Below, one piece after another: positions 10,160 to 19,273 of a stretch of DNA of 64,000 nucleotides. Position numbers and translations under genes: made by a program. The notes beneath the pieces are model-generated. The model worked only from the letters and a program-made list of their open reading frames with translations. It had not been told where the DNA came from and made no database searches. This DNA comes from Acidobacteriota bacterium. Lineage in GTDB: Bacteria; Acidobacteriota; CAIWXX01. How positions within the stretch are numbered: the first letter of the stretch is position 1; the number at the start of each line of letters is the position of its first letter. The stretch spans positions 128,001-192,000 of the forward strand of contig JBFMAF010000023.1 in NCBI GenBank assembly GCA_040755995.1, written 5' to 3'.

Positions 10160-11497
10160 TCACCGCGGCTGGCGCGCCGCCAAGGCTTGCACGCACTGAT
10201 CCAAGAGCCGCTGTGCGTCCTTGTAGCTCGGGTCGGTACGGACTATCTTCTCGAGCTCGTTCTTTGCCAGATCGTATCGCTTCTGCTGCATGTATATCTT
10301 GCCGGTCTGATACTGCACCTCGACGACGGAGGATTTCAACCCCTCGACCTTGCGCAGGGCCGCGAGAGCCTTGGCCGGCTCGCCGCTCTGCGCCCACAGG
10401 TCTGCCGCTCGCAAGTAGAGCTCGACCTTGTCGGGCTGAACAGCCATGCAGGCCTCCATCTGCTCGGCCGCCGTCTTGTACTGCTTCAGGTCTGCATAGA
10501 CGCCGCTGAGCGCAATGAGAACGCGGGGCTCGCACGGATCGAGCTTCAGCGCCTGCTTCAGCGTCTCGACCCGCGCGTCCGGCGCGCTCTGGGCCATCGC
10601 TTCTTCGTAGAGCTGCATCGCCCGGTCATGCTGTGCCGACATCGCCGTCACGGCCCGGTCGGCCTTCTGCTTGAGGTCCATGTAGTCGGGGTTGAGCTGG
10701 AGCCCGTTGGTGAGCGCAGTCCGAGCCTGCGGCAGCTGTTTCAGCTCCATGTAGGCCGACCCGAGCCAGTACCATCCCTCCACGTCCTTCGGTTCGATCT
10801 CCACGGCCCGCCTGAAATCTGCGGCGGCCTCTTCGATCTCATGCCGATCGAAGTTCAGCCTGCCGAGCTCCAGCCAGGCCTCCGCGTTCTTCGGATCGCG
10901 CTTGAGTAGATCTTCGAGGACCTCTCGAGCATCCTTGAGCTTGCCCTGCTGTCGCAGACGGTCGCTCAGCAGGAAGTAGTTAGCGGCGACTGACGGATTG
11001 GCCTTGATCGTTCTGCGCAGAACGTCGATCTCCGATCCCAGATCGGCGCTCGGTCGTAGTGCCGAGGCCGCCGGCGCTTTCGGTTTCTCACCCTCGACGG
11101 GCCCCTGGTCATACAGCCGCGCGACGGTCTGGTATGACTGAAGAAGCGACGCCGGGAAGCCGGGAGGTTTCATCAGGGCCTCGGCCTTGAGCGATGTGAC
11201 CTCGTAAACGTAGCGCCTGGCCTGCTCGGGCATCTTGAGGTCGTGGTAAATGACGGCGAGATACGCATAGCAGGTGACGAGCCTGGCTCGATCGTCCAGG
11301 AGCCCGAAGGCCGCCACCCTGAAGCACTCCACGGCGCCGGCCATGTCGCCGCTGCGATAGAAGAAGAGCCCTTCATCCAATTGCTTCAGGTAGAAAGGAT
11401 CGATCGTCTCGAGCTCGGCTCCGGTCGCCAGGCCCGGGCTCAGAAAGGCGAAGACCAGGACGACCGCCGCCGGTAGAAGCGCTCTCGCACTCATCAT
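10160..11497 (-). CDS. Secreted TPR-repeat protein
   Basis: Signal peptide; many TPR motifs (DPKNAEAWLELG, EPKDVEGWYWLG). Confidence 0.85.
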   Translation of the reverse strand: MMSARALLPAAVVLVFAFLSPGLATGAELETIDPFYLKQLDEGLFFYRSGDMAGAVECFRVAAFGLLDDRARLVTCYAYLAVIYHDLKMPEQARRYVYEVTSLKAEALMKPPGFPASLLQSYQTVARLYDQGPVEGEKPKAPAASALRPSADLGSEIDVLRRTIKANPSVAANYFLLSDRLRQQGKLKDAREVLEDLLKRDPKNAEAWLELGRLNFDRHEIEEAAADFRRAVEIEPKDVEGWYWLGSAYMELKQLPQARTALTNGLQLNPDYMDLKQKADRAVTAMSAQHDRAMQLYEEAMAQSAPDARVETLKQALKLDPCEPRVLIALSGVYADLKQYKTAAEQMEACMAVQPDKVELYLRAADLWAQSGEPAKALAALRKVEGLKSSVVEVQYQTGKIYMQQKRYDLAKNELEKIVRTDPSYKDAQRLLDQCVQALAARQPR

Positions 11498-11653
11498 AGA
11501 AGCCCTATACTACCGCATCTTCAGCCACATAGAAACGGCAAAGTGCAGTCGTTATAGTCGCTATCCGGCGTTCTGGACTGTGCCCGAGACGAGGATTCGC
11601 ACAAACGCCGTGATGCATCGGTGCCGGCCGTCAGAGAGAGTCCGTCTACAGCG

Positions 11654-12838
11654 TCATGCTCCCTTTGCATCCAGCTCCCTGTGCCTGGCCGCAATCGTAT
11701 CGGCGAGCGCAGAGAGGGCCGCATAATCGGCATCGGCCGGCAGTCCCCTGCAGAGCACCGGATCAAGCATCTCCGCCTTCACGCCCGACATGAGCTGCTT
11801 GAGCTGATCGACCGCGTGGCCCCCCCAGCCGTAGGAGCCGATGATCGCGAGGTACTTCGTCTTGGGCTTGAGCTGGTTGACGGTGAACGCCGCGGAAGCT
11901 ATGTTCGGGTGGGGCCCGCCCAGCACGGTGGGAGTGGCAATCACGAGCGTCGCCGCGTCGGCCAACGCCGTCATGACCTTCCCGATGTCGGCGCTGCTCA
12001 TGTCGAACGGCTGCACATCCACCCCGCGGTGTACCAGCTCTCCAACAAGATGTTCTACCATCTTCTGGGTGCTGCCGTGCATGGAGATCGAAAGCAGCAA
12101 CACGAGGTTCTTCGGTCCCCCCACCGCCCAATCGCGATAGGCGGCCATGATCGCCGCCGGCTGGTCGTAGACCGGCCCGTGGCTCGTGGCGATCCACTTG
12201 ATCTCCAGCCGCGAGAGCTTCTCCAGATGGCGGGCGATCTGGCTCGCGAACGGCATCATGATTTCGGCGTAGTACCGCTTCGCCTCCTCGATCACACACT
12301 CCCTGCCACCCGCGAACAGATCGCTGCTCGCCAGGTGCGCCGCGAACATGTCGCACGAGAACAGCCCGCGGTCTTCCTCCACGTACGTGCACATCGTCTC
12401 GGGCCAGTGCACCCACGGAGTGAAGATGAAACGTAGCGTCTTGCTGCCGAGGGAAACCGTCTTCCCGTCTTCGACCGTCATCACCCGCTCCGCGTCGATC
12501 GCCAGATGCTCGACCAGCATCGACCTGGCCTTGGCCGTGCACAAGACCTTGGCATTCGGGTAGCGATCCAGCACAAACGGCAGCGATCCCGAGTGATCCT
12601 GCTCGACGTGATTGATGACGACGTAGTCCAGGTTCGGCACTTCGCGCAGATTGCTGCGCAGCTCGTCCCATCGCGACGGGTCGACCGTGTCGATGAGCGC
12701 CGTCTTCTCGCTGCCTCGCACCAGGTAGCAGTTGTAGCTCGTCCCGTCTGGCAGCGGCACGAATCCATCGAACAGGCGCCTATCCCAGTCGATCGCACCA
12801 AGCCAGTAGATGTCATCCGTGACCCGTCTCATTCTCAT
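11654..12838 (-). CDS. fprA: Flavodiiron protein (A-type flavoprotein; MBL + flavodoxin domains)
   Basis: GTSYNCYL, NHVEQDHSGS, PWVHWPETM, FSCD, SHG, SMHGST, GSYGWGG. Confidence 0.95.
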   Translation of the reverse strand: MRMRRVTDDIYWLGAIDWDRRLFDGFVPLPDGTSYNCYLVRGSEKTALIDTVDPSRWDELRSNLREVPNLDYVVINHVEQDHSGSLPFVLDRYPNAKVLCTAKARSMLVEHLAIDAERVMTVEDGKTVSLGSKTLRFIFTPWVHWPETMCTYVEEDRGLFSCDMFAAHLASSDLFAGGRECVIEEAKRYYAEIMMPFASQIARHLEKLSRLEIKWIATSHGPVYDQPAAIMAAYRDWAVGGPKNLVLLLSISMHGSTQKMVEHLVGELVHRGVDVQPFDMSSADIGKVMTALADAATLVIATPTVLGGPHPNIASAAFTVNQLKPKTKYLAIIGSYGWGGHAVDQLKQLMSGVKAEMLDPVLCRGLPADADYAALSALADTIAARHRELDAKGA

Positions 12839-13095
12839 GATGAAAGCTCCTCGATTCCAGTAGAAACCGCCGATCCTCGCGGCGATCGGCTAGAACGTGA
12901 ATCGTGCATCACACCGATAGCATAGCAGCAGGATGGGCTGAATTGAACTGAGTGTCGATCTTCCCGTTTGTTTCAGAATCGCCCGCGAGGCAAGATTAAG
13001 AGCCCGAGGTGCAGAGGTGTTAACACGGGCTGGACGACGGACCGGCGGTGGGCGGTTCAGGGCGGCGTCGCTTTGTGCTACACTTCGATTCCGCC

Positions 13096-14619
13096 ATGGT
13101 CGATGCGATCATATCCAACTGGCAGCAGGGCATCGTTCTGCCGCTGCTGGTTCTGGCGCTGACGCTGATTCTTGGTCGAATCCTGGCCTCGCGCAGGCAG
13201 AAACCGGCTGGGATTGCTCTGTACATCTTCGCCTTCGCGCTTTCGTTGCAGCTCGGCCTGGTGGTGCCGCTCTCGCAAGCTGCGGGCTACGCCGAGTCCA
13301 CCTGGTGGAAGGCGCTTACCACGGTGACCATCATGAGCGGAGCGCTGGTGCTGGTGCAGATCGTCTCCTTCGCCCTTTACGACAACTACCTCCCGCTCAA
13401 GCGCCGCGTCAAGGTGCCGCGCCTCATGCACGACCTGACCACCGTCGTGGTCCTGATCATCGTGATTGCGACCGTGATGAAGGTGGAGTTCAACCTGTCG
13501 CTGACTACGATCCTCACTACGTCCACGATTCTCGCGGCCATCATCGGCCTTGCGCTGCAGGAACTGCTCGCCAACCTGATCGCCGGCATCGCGCTGCAGT
13601 TCGAGAAGCCGTTCCAGGTCGGAGACTGGGTGAACGTGGACGGGAAGGAGGGGGAGGTGGTGGAGATGAGCTGGCGGGCGACCCGCCTTCTCACGCTGGA
13701 CGGGACCACCATCGTCGTCCCGAACGGATCCATCGCCAAGGGCCAGATCGTCAACTACTACGCGCCGAATCGTGCCCATGCACTGACGGCGACCGTCGGT
13801 GTGGAATACGGCAATCCGCCGAACCGGGTCAAGGCGTGCCTGCAGGAGGCGGTGCAGCGGTGCCCGCTGGTATTGCGCGCCCCCGCCCCTCAAATCCGCC
13901 TTGTCAACTATGGAGATTCCTCCATTGTCTACGAGGTCAGGTACTGGATCGAGGATCGTGAGAGGCTGCTCGATATCAAGGACGCTGTGATGACCGCGAT
14001 CTGGTACGGCCTGCGGCGGGAGCGGATCGGGATTCCTTTCCCGATTCGCACGGTATACATGCATCCGGCGAAGGGTACGGAGGAGCGGGCGCAGGAGCAC
14101 CGGGAGAACCTCGCCGAGATGTTGACGAGGGTGCCGCTGTTCGAGCATCTCAGGCCGGAGGAGCTGGCGGCGCTGGCCGGCCGTGCCCATCTGCTGCACT
14201 TCGGAAGCGGCGAGGCGATCGTGCAGAGCGGCGCTACCGACACAGCGCTCTATGTAATCGAGAAGGGGACGGCCGGCGTCGAGGTGACGAAGAATGATCA
14301 GGCGTTCATGCTCGAGGTGACGCTGGCCGCCGGCGATTATTTCGGCGAGATGGCGCTGCTCACCGGTGAGCCGCGAACGGCCACGATACGCGCGAGGGAG
14401 GATCTGGAGCTCGTGCGGATCGACAAGGACGACATAGCCCCGATCCTGGCCGCGAACCCGCAGCTCATCCTGGAGATGTCAAGGGTCCTGGCTCAAAGAC
14501 AGCTCCACACGCGCGGGTTTCTTGACGAGCAGGTCGTGTCAGTCGCCACCGAAGAGGAAGCACGCACGCGCGCCATGAAGATCATGGGCGCAATCAGAGG
14601 CTTTTTCGCGCTGAAGTAG
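13096..14619 (+). CDS. MscS-family mechanosensitive channel with C-terminal cNMP-binding domain
   Basis: GLALQELLANLIAGI...PFQVGDWV, IPFP; FGEMALLTGEPRTAT. Confidence 0.92.
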   Translation: MVDAIISNWQQGIVLPLLVLALTLILGRILASRRQKPAGIALYIFAFALSLQLGLVVPLSQAAGYAESTWWKALTTVTIMSGALVLVQIVSFALYDNYLPLKRRVKVPRLMHDLTTVVVLIIVIATVMKVEFNLSLTTILTTSTILAAIIGLALQELLANLIAGIALQFEKPFQVGDWVNVDGKEGEVVEMSWRATRLLTLDGTTIVVPNGSIAKGQIVNYYAPNRAHALTATVGVEYGNPPNRVKACLQEAVQRCPLVLRAPAPQIRLVNYGDSSIVYEVRYWIEDRERLLDIKDAVMTAIWYGLRRERIGIPFPIRTVYMHPAKGTEERAQEHRENLAEMLTRVPLFEHLRPEELAALAGRAHLLHFGSGEAIVQSGATDTALYVIEKGTAGVEVTKNDQAFMLEVTLAAGDYFGEMALLTGEPRTATIRAREDLELVRIDKDDIAPILAANPQLILEMSRVLAQRQLHTRGFLDEQVVSVATEEEARTRAMKIMGAIRGFFALK

Positions 14620-14705
14620 GCTCGTAGCGGGATCGGTTGACTGCGTTATCCCCGCATCTCTCGCCAAAGGCCTCTGGTTCTCTATTTGAGGACGGCGCGA
14701 TTGAG

Positions 14706-14754
14706 TGGTGGGCGGTACAGGGTTCGAACCTGTGGCCCCCGGCGTGTAAGACCA
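14706..14754 (-). repeat. att site: 49-bp duplicated 3' part of tRNA-Val
   Basis: Identical to 21596-21644 (TGGTGGGCGG...GTGTAAGACCA). Confidence 0.97.
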
Positions 14755-14960
14755 AGCCCAAGCCCCCCTCCCGTGTACTGTCTGGTTCAATCTGTTTCAT
14801 TCTGTTTGGTTCGATGCCGCGGTGAGTGAAGTCTGTTTCGGTCTGCTACAGGATGGTTGCTAGACACTGACTATACAGAGCGGCTCGCGTCATCGGCTCC
14901 GGTGCGCCGGGGAGCATCGGCGGTAGTGCTCGCGCCGTGAAAGCGGGCGGAGGGAACATC

Positions 14961-15269
14961 ATGCGAAGGGTCATTGACGGCAAGGTGTACGACTCGCAAC
15001 GCGCGGAACAACTGGCGGAGGCCAGCGGCGGAGGAGCGTCTGTCCGGGATTTCTCGCATTGGGATGAGACGCTGTACCGGACTCAACGCGGCGCTTACTT
15101 CATCCATGGTTCGGGCGGGCCACTGACACACTGGGCTCGACACCGCGGAAATGAAACGTCCGGTGGCGAAGGCATGCGCACCTTGACTGAGGCGCAGGCG
15201 CGGGAGTGGGTCGAGAAGTGGGCCAACGATCGGTACGAGTCAATCTTCGGTGCGACTGAGGAGGCGTAG
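14961..15269 (+). CDS. Hypothetical protein of a phage/MGE-associated family
   Basis: GGAGGG RBS; IDGKVYD...ETLYRT..GAYF.HG.GG...AREW pattern recalled from phage hypothetical proteins. Confidence 0.7.
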   Translation: MRRVIDGKVYDSQRAEQLAEASGGGASVRDFSHWDETLYRTQRGAYFIHGSGGPLTHWARHRGNETSGGEGMRTLTEAQAREWVEKWANDRYESIFGATEEA

Positions 15270-15408
15270 TCGGCGCCGGCATCGCGTCGGCGTGGTAGAC
15301 TTTGAGTAGCACGTTTCCGGGCGGATAGGTCGACGGACCGACAAGCGCGATGACTCCGACTCGCGTTTCCGCCCGGCTATCACAGTCGGAACCATGCGGA
15401 GGTGGACC

Positions 15409-16017
15409 ATGCGGAGGAAGAGCAGGGCCCGGAAAGAGCGACGAGCTCAACCCGATGTCAGCTTCACGCCATACTGTGTATCGGCTGAAGAGCGGGCAGA
15501 ACTCCACCGAAGAAAGCCCGATCGGGCCAAGCGAGCGCTTCACAAGCGCTTCATGGAGTTCGCGGGCAAGAAGCGTCTGCCGGCGCCACCAGACTACCTG
15601 AGGATCTCGGTTGAAGAGAATGTTGTGTCCTTCGGTGACCCGCCGCACGACGGCTTCATTCTGAGGGTTCACGTCTGGCTCGATCTGAACAAGCTCTCCG
15701 TTGGGCAGATCAAGCATGAGAGCACCCGGATAACCCCGTGGCGCAACCTGGTCCGTCAGTTCCACCGCGAGAATTTCTCCGAGTTCTGGAAGTGGTTACT
15801 CAGAGAGTACAGCCGAGGGACATGTGAGTGGAAGAGGAAGGCAGATGGTACATTCGAACTGGTTCGGCAGCCAAGCCTAAGAGGGCTTGCTGCCACCCTC
15901 CGAACGATGGCAGAAGATGACCCCACCATCCTGCAGGAGTTGCACGTAGAGAACCGCGGCCAGATCGACTACCGACTGCTGCGGCAGCGTCTCAGAAAGA
16001 GAGGCATCGTGAAATAG
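15409..16017 (+). CDS. Hypothetical protein
   Basis: 202-aa ORF with GGAGGT RBS, co-oriented with the element. Confidence 0.6.
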   Translation: MRRKSRARKERRAQPDVSFTPYCVSAEERAELHRRKPDRAKRALHKRFMEFAGKKRLPAPPDYLRISVEENVVSFGDPPHDGFILRVHVWLDLNKLSVGQIKHESTRITPWRNLVRQFHRENFSEFWKWLLREYSRGTCEWKRKADGTFELVRQPSLRGLAATLRTMAEDDPTILQELHVENRGQIDYRLLRQRLRKRGIVK

Positions 16018-16144
16018 TCTGGACGCAGGGTCATTTCGGCGCATAGCGTCGCCGTTTGGGGGTCAGCGAATATGGCCCCTCAAAAGTCTTCCGCGGGGCC
16101 TTACACCAAATCCCAAGCATGCCTTAGATTCTCCCGTGGAGGTC

Positions 16145-16402
16145 ATGATGAGAACCAAAGCGGTGTTGACCCTGTTGAGCGATGACGAGCACCGTAAACT
16201 ACACGATGGCGCGCACCGTCGAGGCTTGCCCCTGAGTGCTTGGCTTCGTTCCCTTGGACTCATGGCGATTCAACATGAACGGATGCCTGCGGCCGGCAGC
16301 GGCCATCCGTCGAAAAAGAGGCCCGCAAAAGCGGGCGAGGTCGTGAACCATGGACCCGATTCTACTACGCCTGTCGAGAAGTCACAAGCGCCATCCGCGT
16401 GA
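16145..16402 (+). CDS. Ribbon-helix-helix (CopG/MobC-like) small DNA-binding protein
   Basis: RTKAVLTLLSDDEHRKL...AHRRGLPLSAWLR pattern; GGAGGT RBS. Confidence 0.6.
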   Translation: MMRTKAVLTLLSDDEHRKLHDGAHRRGLPLSAWLRSLGLMAIQHERMPAAGSGHPSKKRPAKAGEVVNHGPDSTTPVEKSQAPSA

Positions 16403-16880
16403 ACGACCCGCCGCAAGAACCCCAGGCCGCAAGAGTCTGCACGAGATCACCACGCGGTGGAGAATCAGTCTCGGAGAGACTGTTGGAGACGTTCCGCGGC
16501 AGGAATGGGGCGACTACGAGGAGATCCGGGGGACGCATGGGATGGTCTATCGGTACTCGAATGATGGTCAAGTCCTGGCCGTCGCCAGCGAGAATACCAG
16601 GATCTTGACGAAGCTCCGGGCATTGTCAGGCGTGCGACGGTATACGCCTTGCGCCGTCCATTTCCCGCCGGCGATGCTCGATCAAGTCTGCCGGATAATC
16701 GGAGCCCGGAAACGACGCCGAATGTCGCCCGAACAACGCACCAGGATGTCTGAAATCCTTGTTAGGGCGCGACGAGAGAAGGCCAGAATCAACGAACGGG
16801 AACCGGGTAGGGGTATAGGTGCGGGTTCCTCTCGCGGATCGTTTCTAGATTCTCCTACTGCACCAAGGACTGCCACGTGA
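16350..16880 (+). CDS. Hypothetical protein translationally coupled to the primase gene
   Basis: Stop overlaps the GTG of 16877 (GTGA); basic RKRRRMSPEQR motif. Confidence 0.6.
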   Translation: MDPILLRLSRSHKRHPRERPAARTPGRKSLHEITTRWRISLGETVGDVPRQEWGDYEEIRGTHGMVYRYSNDGQVLAVASENTRILTKLRALSGVRRYTPCAVHFPPAMLDQVCRIIGARKRRRMSPEQRTRMSEILVRARREKARINEREPGRGIGAGSSRGSFLDSPTAPRTAT

Positions 16881-18292
16881 GCGTGAAGGTGTCGGCGGCC
16901 ATTTGGGAGAGCTTCCCCGGCCGAGGGCGGGAGCTGCTGGTGATGGTCGCGCTTGCGGACTTCGCTGACGTTGGAGGCGTGTTATGGCCGAGCCTGGCTA
17001 CCATCGCGAGGAAGGTGCGGCTCGACAGGCGATCAGCCCGGCGCGTCGTATCCGGGCTCGTGAAAGCTGGATGGGTTCGAGTGGTGGCAAACCCGCACGG
17101 TGGCAAACCTGGAACCACGCGACGCCTCCGAATTGACCTAGCACGCCTACAGACGGGGGACAAAACTGCCCCCCGTACTGCGCCATTGGGGGACGGGGGA
17201 CAAAACGACCCTAGACGGGGGGCAAAACACCCCCCCAATCCGTCAGGAACCACCAAGAGGAGTATACACAGGGGGGGTGTGGGGCCGACAGCGAAGGATG
17301 ATCGCAAATTCGATCTCAACCGGATTCCGGCTGAACTGCGCGGCCTGCAAAGATGGGTGCTGTGGAAGTTGGAGGAACGCGACGGTCGACCAGCAAAGAT
17401 GCCTTACCATTTCGCGCGTGGCCGACTGCTACCCGCGAGCTCGACCGACCCCGCGACCTGGTCGGATTTCGAAACGGCGATCAAGGCAGGGCGTAAGAGC
17501 CGCGCAGACGGCGTGGGGTTCGTCTTCGATCTGCGAGACGGATACACCGGCGTTGATTTGGACAAGTGCCGCGATCCCGAGACGGGGACACTCGAGCCGT
17601 GGGCGGCTGATATCATCAAGCGACTCGACAGCTACGCCGAAGCCTCGCAGTCGCGTGCGGGCGTCCACATCATTGTCCGAGGTAAGTTGCCCGAGGGCGG
17701 GCGTCGCAACGGCAAGATTGAGATGTATGACGCGGCGCGTTATTTCTGCATGACCGGCTGGGTGCTCGACGGCCACGACACCATTGAAGATCGCCAGGCC
17801 GAGCTTGAGGAGCTGCACCGCGAGATCTTCGAGAAGAAGGACGACGGCAGCGGCGACGCACCGCCGACTACAGCACTGGCACCGAAGACCTTGGGAGGGG
17901 CCGACCTGACCGACGATGAAGTCATCGAACGCGCTTCGAGGGCTGCAAACGGCGCGAAGTTCTCCACATTGTGGAGAGGTGACACCGCCGGATATCCCTC
18001 ACAGTCCGAGGCTGACCTTGCCCTATGCTCCATTCTCGCGTGGTGGTGCTCAGGCGACTCGGCACGGGTAGACCGGATATTCCGACGAAGCAGGCTCATG
18101 CGGCCGAAATGGGATGAGCGGCATGGCGGGCGGACGTATGGCGAGACCACGATTGAGACGGCGATCACAGGCTGTATGGAGCACAGTCCGGGTCTGGGCG
18201 GGATCTGGCGTCACACGCCCGCTCCTTCGGCCCGCTCCATTGCGAGCCCTGTGCCACAGCCGTCCGCACGCAGAATCAGGAACTTACGGTGA
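16877..18292 (+). CDS. Replication protein: N-terminal wHTH initiator domain + NrS-1-type primase-polymerase + helix-bundle domain, no helicase
   Basis: LLVMVALADFAD..G..WPSLATIA (HTH_36-like); IPAELR..QRWVLW, STDPATWSDF, GVDLDKC, YAEASQS..GVHII, IEMYD..RYFCMTG; SQSEADLALC..LAWW, RPKWD...TYG..TI. Confidence 0.88.
   Translation: MSVKVSAAIWESFPGRGRELLVMVALADFADVGGVLWPSLATIARKVRLDRRSARRVVSGLVKAGWVRVVANPHGGKPGTTRRLRIDLARLQTGDKTAPRTAPLGDGGQNDPRRGAKHPPNPSGTTKRSIHRGGVGPTAKDDRKFDLNRIPAELRGLQRWVLWKLEERDGRPAKMPYHFARGRLLPASSTDPATWSDFETAIKAGRKSRADGVGFVFDLRDGYTGVDLDKCRDPETGTLEPWAADIIKRLDSYAEASQSRAGVHIIVRGKLPEGGRRNGKIEMYDAARYFCMTGWVLDGHDTIEDRQAELEELHREIFEKKDDGSGDAPPTTALAPKTLGGADLTDDEVIERASRAANGAKFSTLWRGDTAGYPSQSEADLALCSILAWWCSGDSARVDRIFRRSRLMRPKWDERHGGRTYGETTIETAITGCMEHSPGLGGIWRHTPAPSARSIASPVPQPSARRIRNLR
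17152..17228 (+). promoter_or_regulatory. Three iteron-like repeats GACGGGGG(A/G)CAAAAC, putative replication origin
   Basis: Copies at 17152, 17192 and 17214, each followed by a C-run giving partial dyad symmetry, in the linker after the HTH. Confidence 0.7.
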
Positions 18293-18415
18293 GCAACAGT
18301 TTGTACACCGACGATCACCGGCACCGACCACCTGTAAGTGTCAGATCTATCAGGTGCCCAACAGCGACGCCCCAGAATCGGCGATCGCGGAGAACCATTT
18401 GACGGAGGTAAGAGA

Positions 18416-18913
18416 ATGCCTGGAGCACAATGCACGGTGTGCAAACACCCACAGCTCACGGAGATCAACACCGCATTGGTCGAAGGTGGAACAATTCGGA
18501 ACGTGGCGAAACAGTATGGGCTGTCACCAACGGCTGTCTATCGCCACAAGAGCGAGCACATCAAGGGGGCGTTGGCCAGGGCAGCAGACGCCCGCGACCT
18601 GGCCCGGGGGAAGGACGGAGGTGACCTCTTGTCTCGCGTGCAGGCCCACGTGACCCGAATGGAGAGGCTCCAGGAAACGGTCGATGCGTTACTCGAAGAG
18701 GCCGCTGAACACCGTGGCAAGCTGGCTGCCATAAGCACAGCAACCCAGGTGAGTCGCGAGCTGAGAGGGTGCTACGAGCTGCTCGGCAACATGGTCAGCG
18801 AGCTCCGAAAGGCCGAGGCAAGCACCACCAGAAGTTACCTGGTCGAGGCGTATAGGCAATGCCTTGAGGACGACTTGGAGAAGGGAGCGGAACGACCGCA
18901 GAAAGGATCATAG
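18416..18913 (+). CDS. HTH protein resembling a small terminase subunit
   Basis: CTVCKHP...INTALVEG.TIRNVAKQYGLS.TAVYRHK..H, then a helical hairpin; GGAGGT RBS. Confidence 0.6.
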   Translation: MPGAQCTVCKHPQLTEINTALVEGGTIRNVAKQYGLSPTAVYRHKSEHIKGALARAADARDLARGKDGGDLLSRVQAHVTRMERLQETVDALLEEAAEHRGKLAAISTATQVSRELRGCYELLGNMVSELRKAEASTTRSYLVEAYRQCLEDDLEKGAERPQKGS

Positions 18914-18917
18914 CGGA

Positions 18918-19172
18918 ATGAACACAAAGAGCCTGCTGAAACACGACCTGTTGGAGCACCTTGAGGATATCTGGGTAGAGACAACGGCGATACGGAAAGA
19001 GGCACGGGAGAAGCACGATGCCAGGAACGAGCTCGATGCGCTTGGTGTCGGCCTACAAGTGCTGGAACTGGTCGCGAAGTTGCAGGGGGAGCTTCCCGGG
19101 GACCGTCAGGAGGAGGGCCTTCGCTGGGAAGCAGTCGAATCGGAACACCAGGGTCGGAAACGAGCACACTGA
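18918..19172 (+). CDS. Small helical protein resembling the C-terminal half of the upstream TerS-like protein
   Basis: DLLEHL...EAREKHD....LELVAKLQGEL versus upstream DLLSRV...EAAEH...YELLGNMVSEL. Confidence 0.55.
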   Translation: MNTKSLLKHDLLEHLEDIWVETTAIRKEAREKHDARNELDALGVGLQVLELVAKLQGELPGDRQEEGLRWEAVESEHQGRKRAH

Positions 19173-19273
19173 GTCTGGGTCGAGATGGCCAACGCGAGAG
19201 CGGGCGAGGGACGCGCCAGGTCTAGCATGGGGGTAAACGCCGTGACGAAGGACCTTCGGCCAGGGCGTGAAAC

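Noticed and set aside
14706..14754. Second tRNA-Val gene
   Set aside because: Lacks the D arm and 5' acceptor strand; it is the att duplication.
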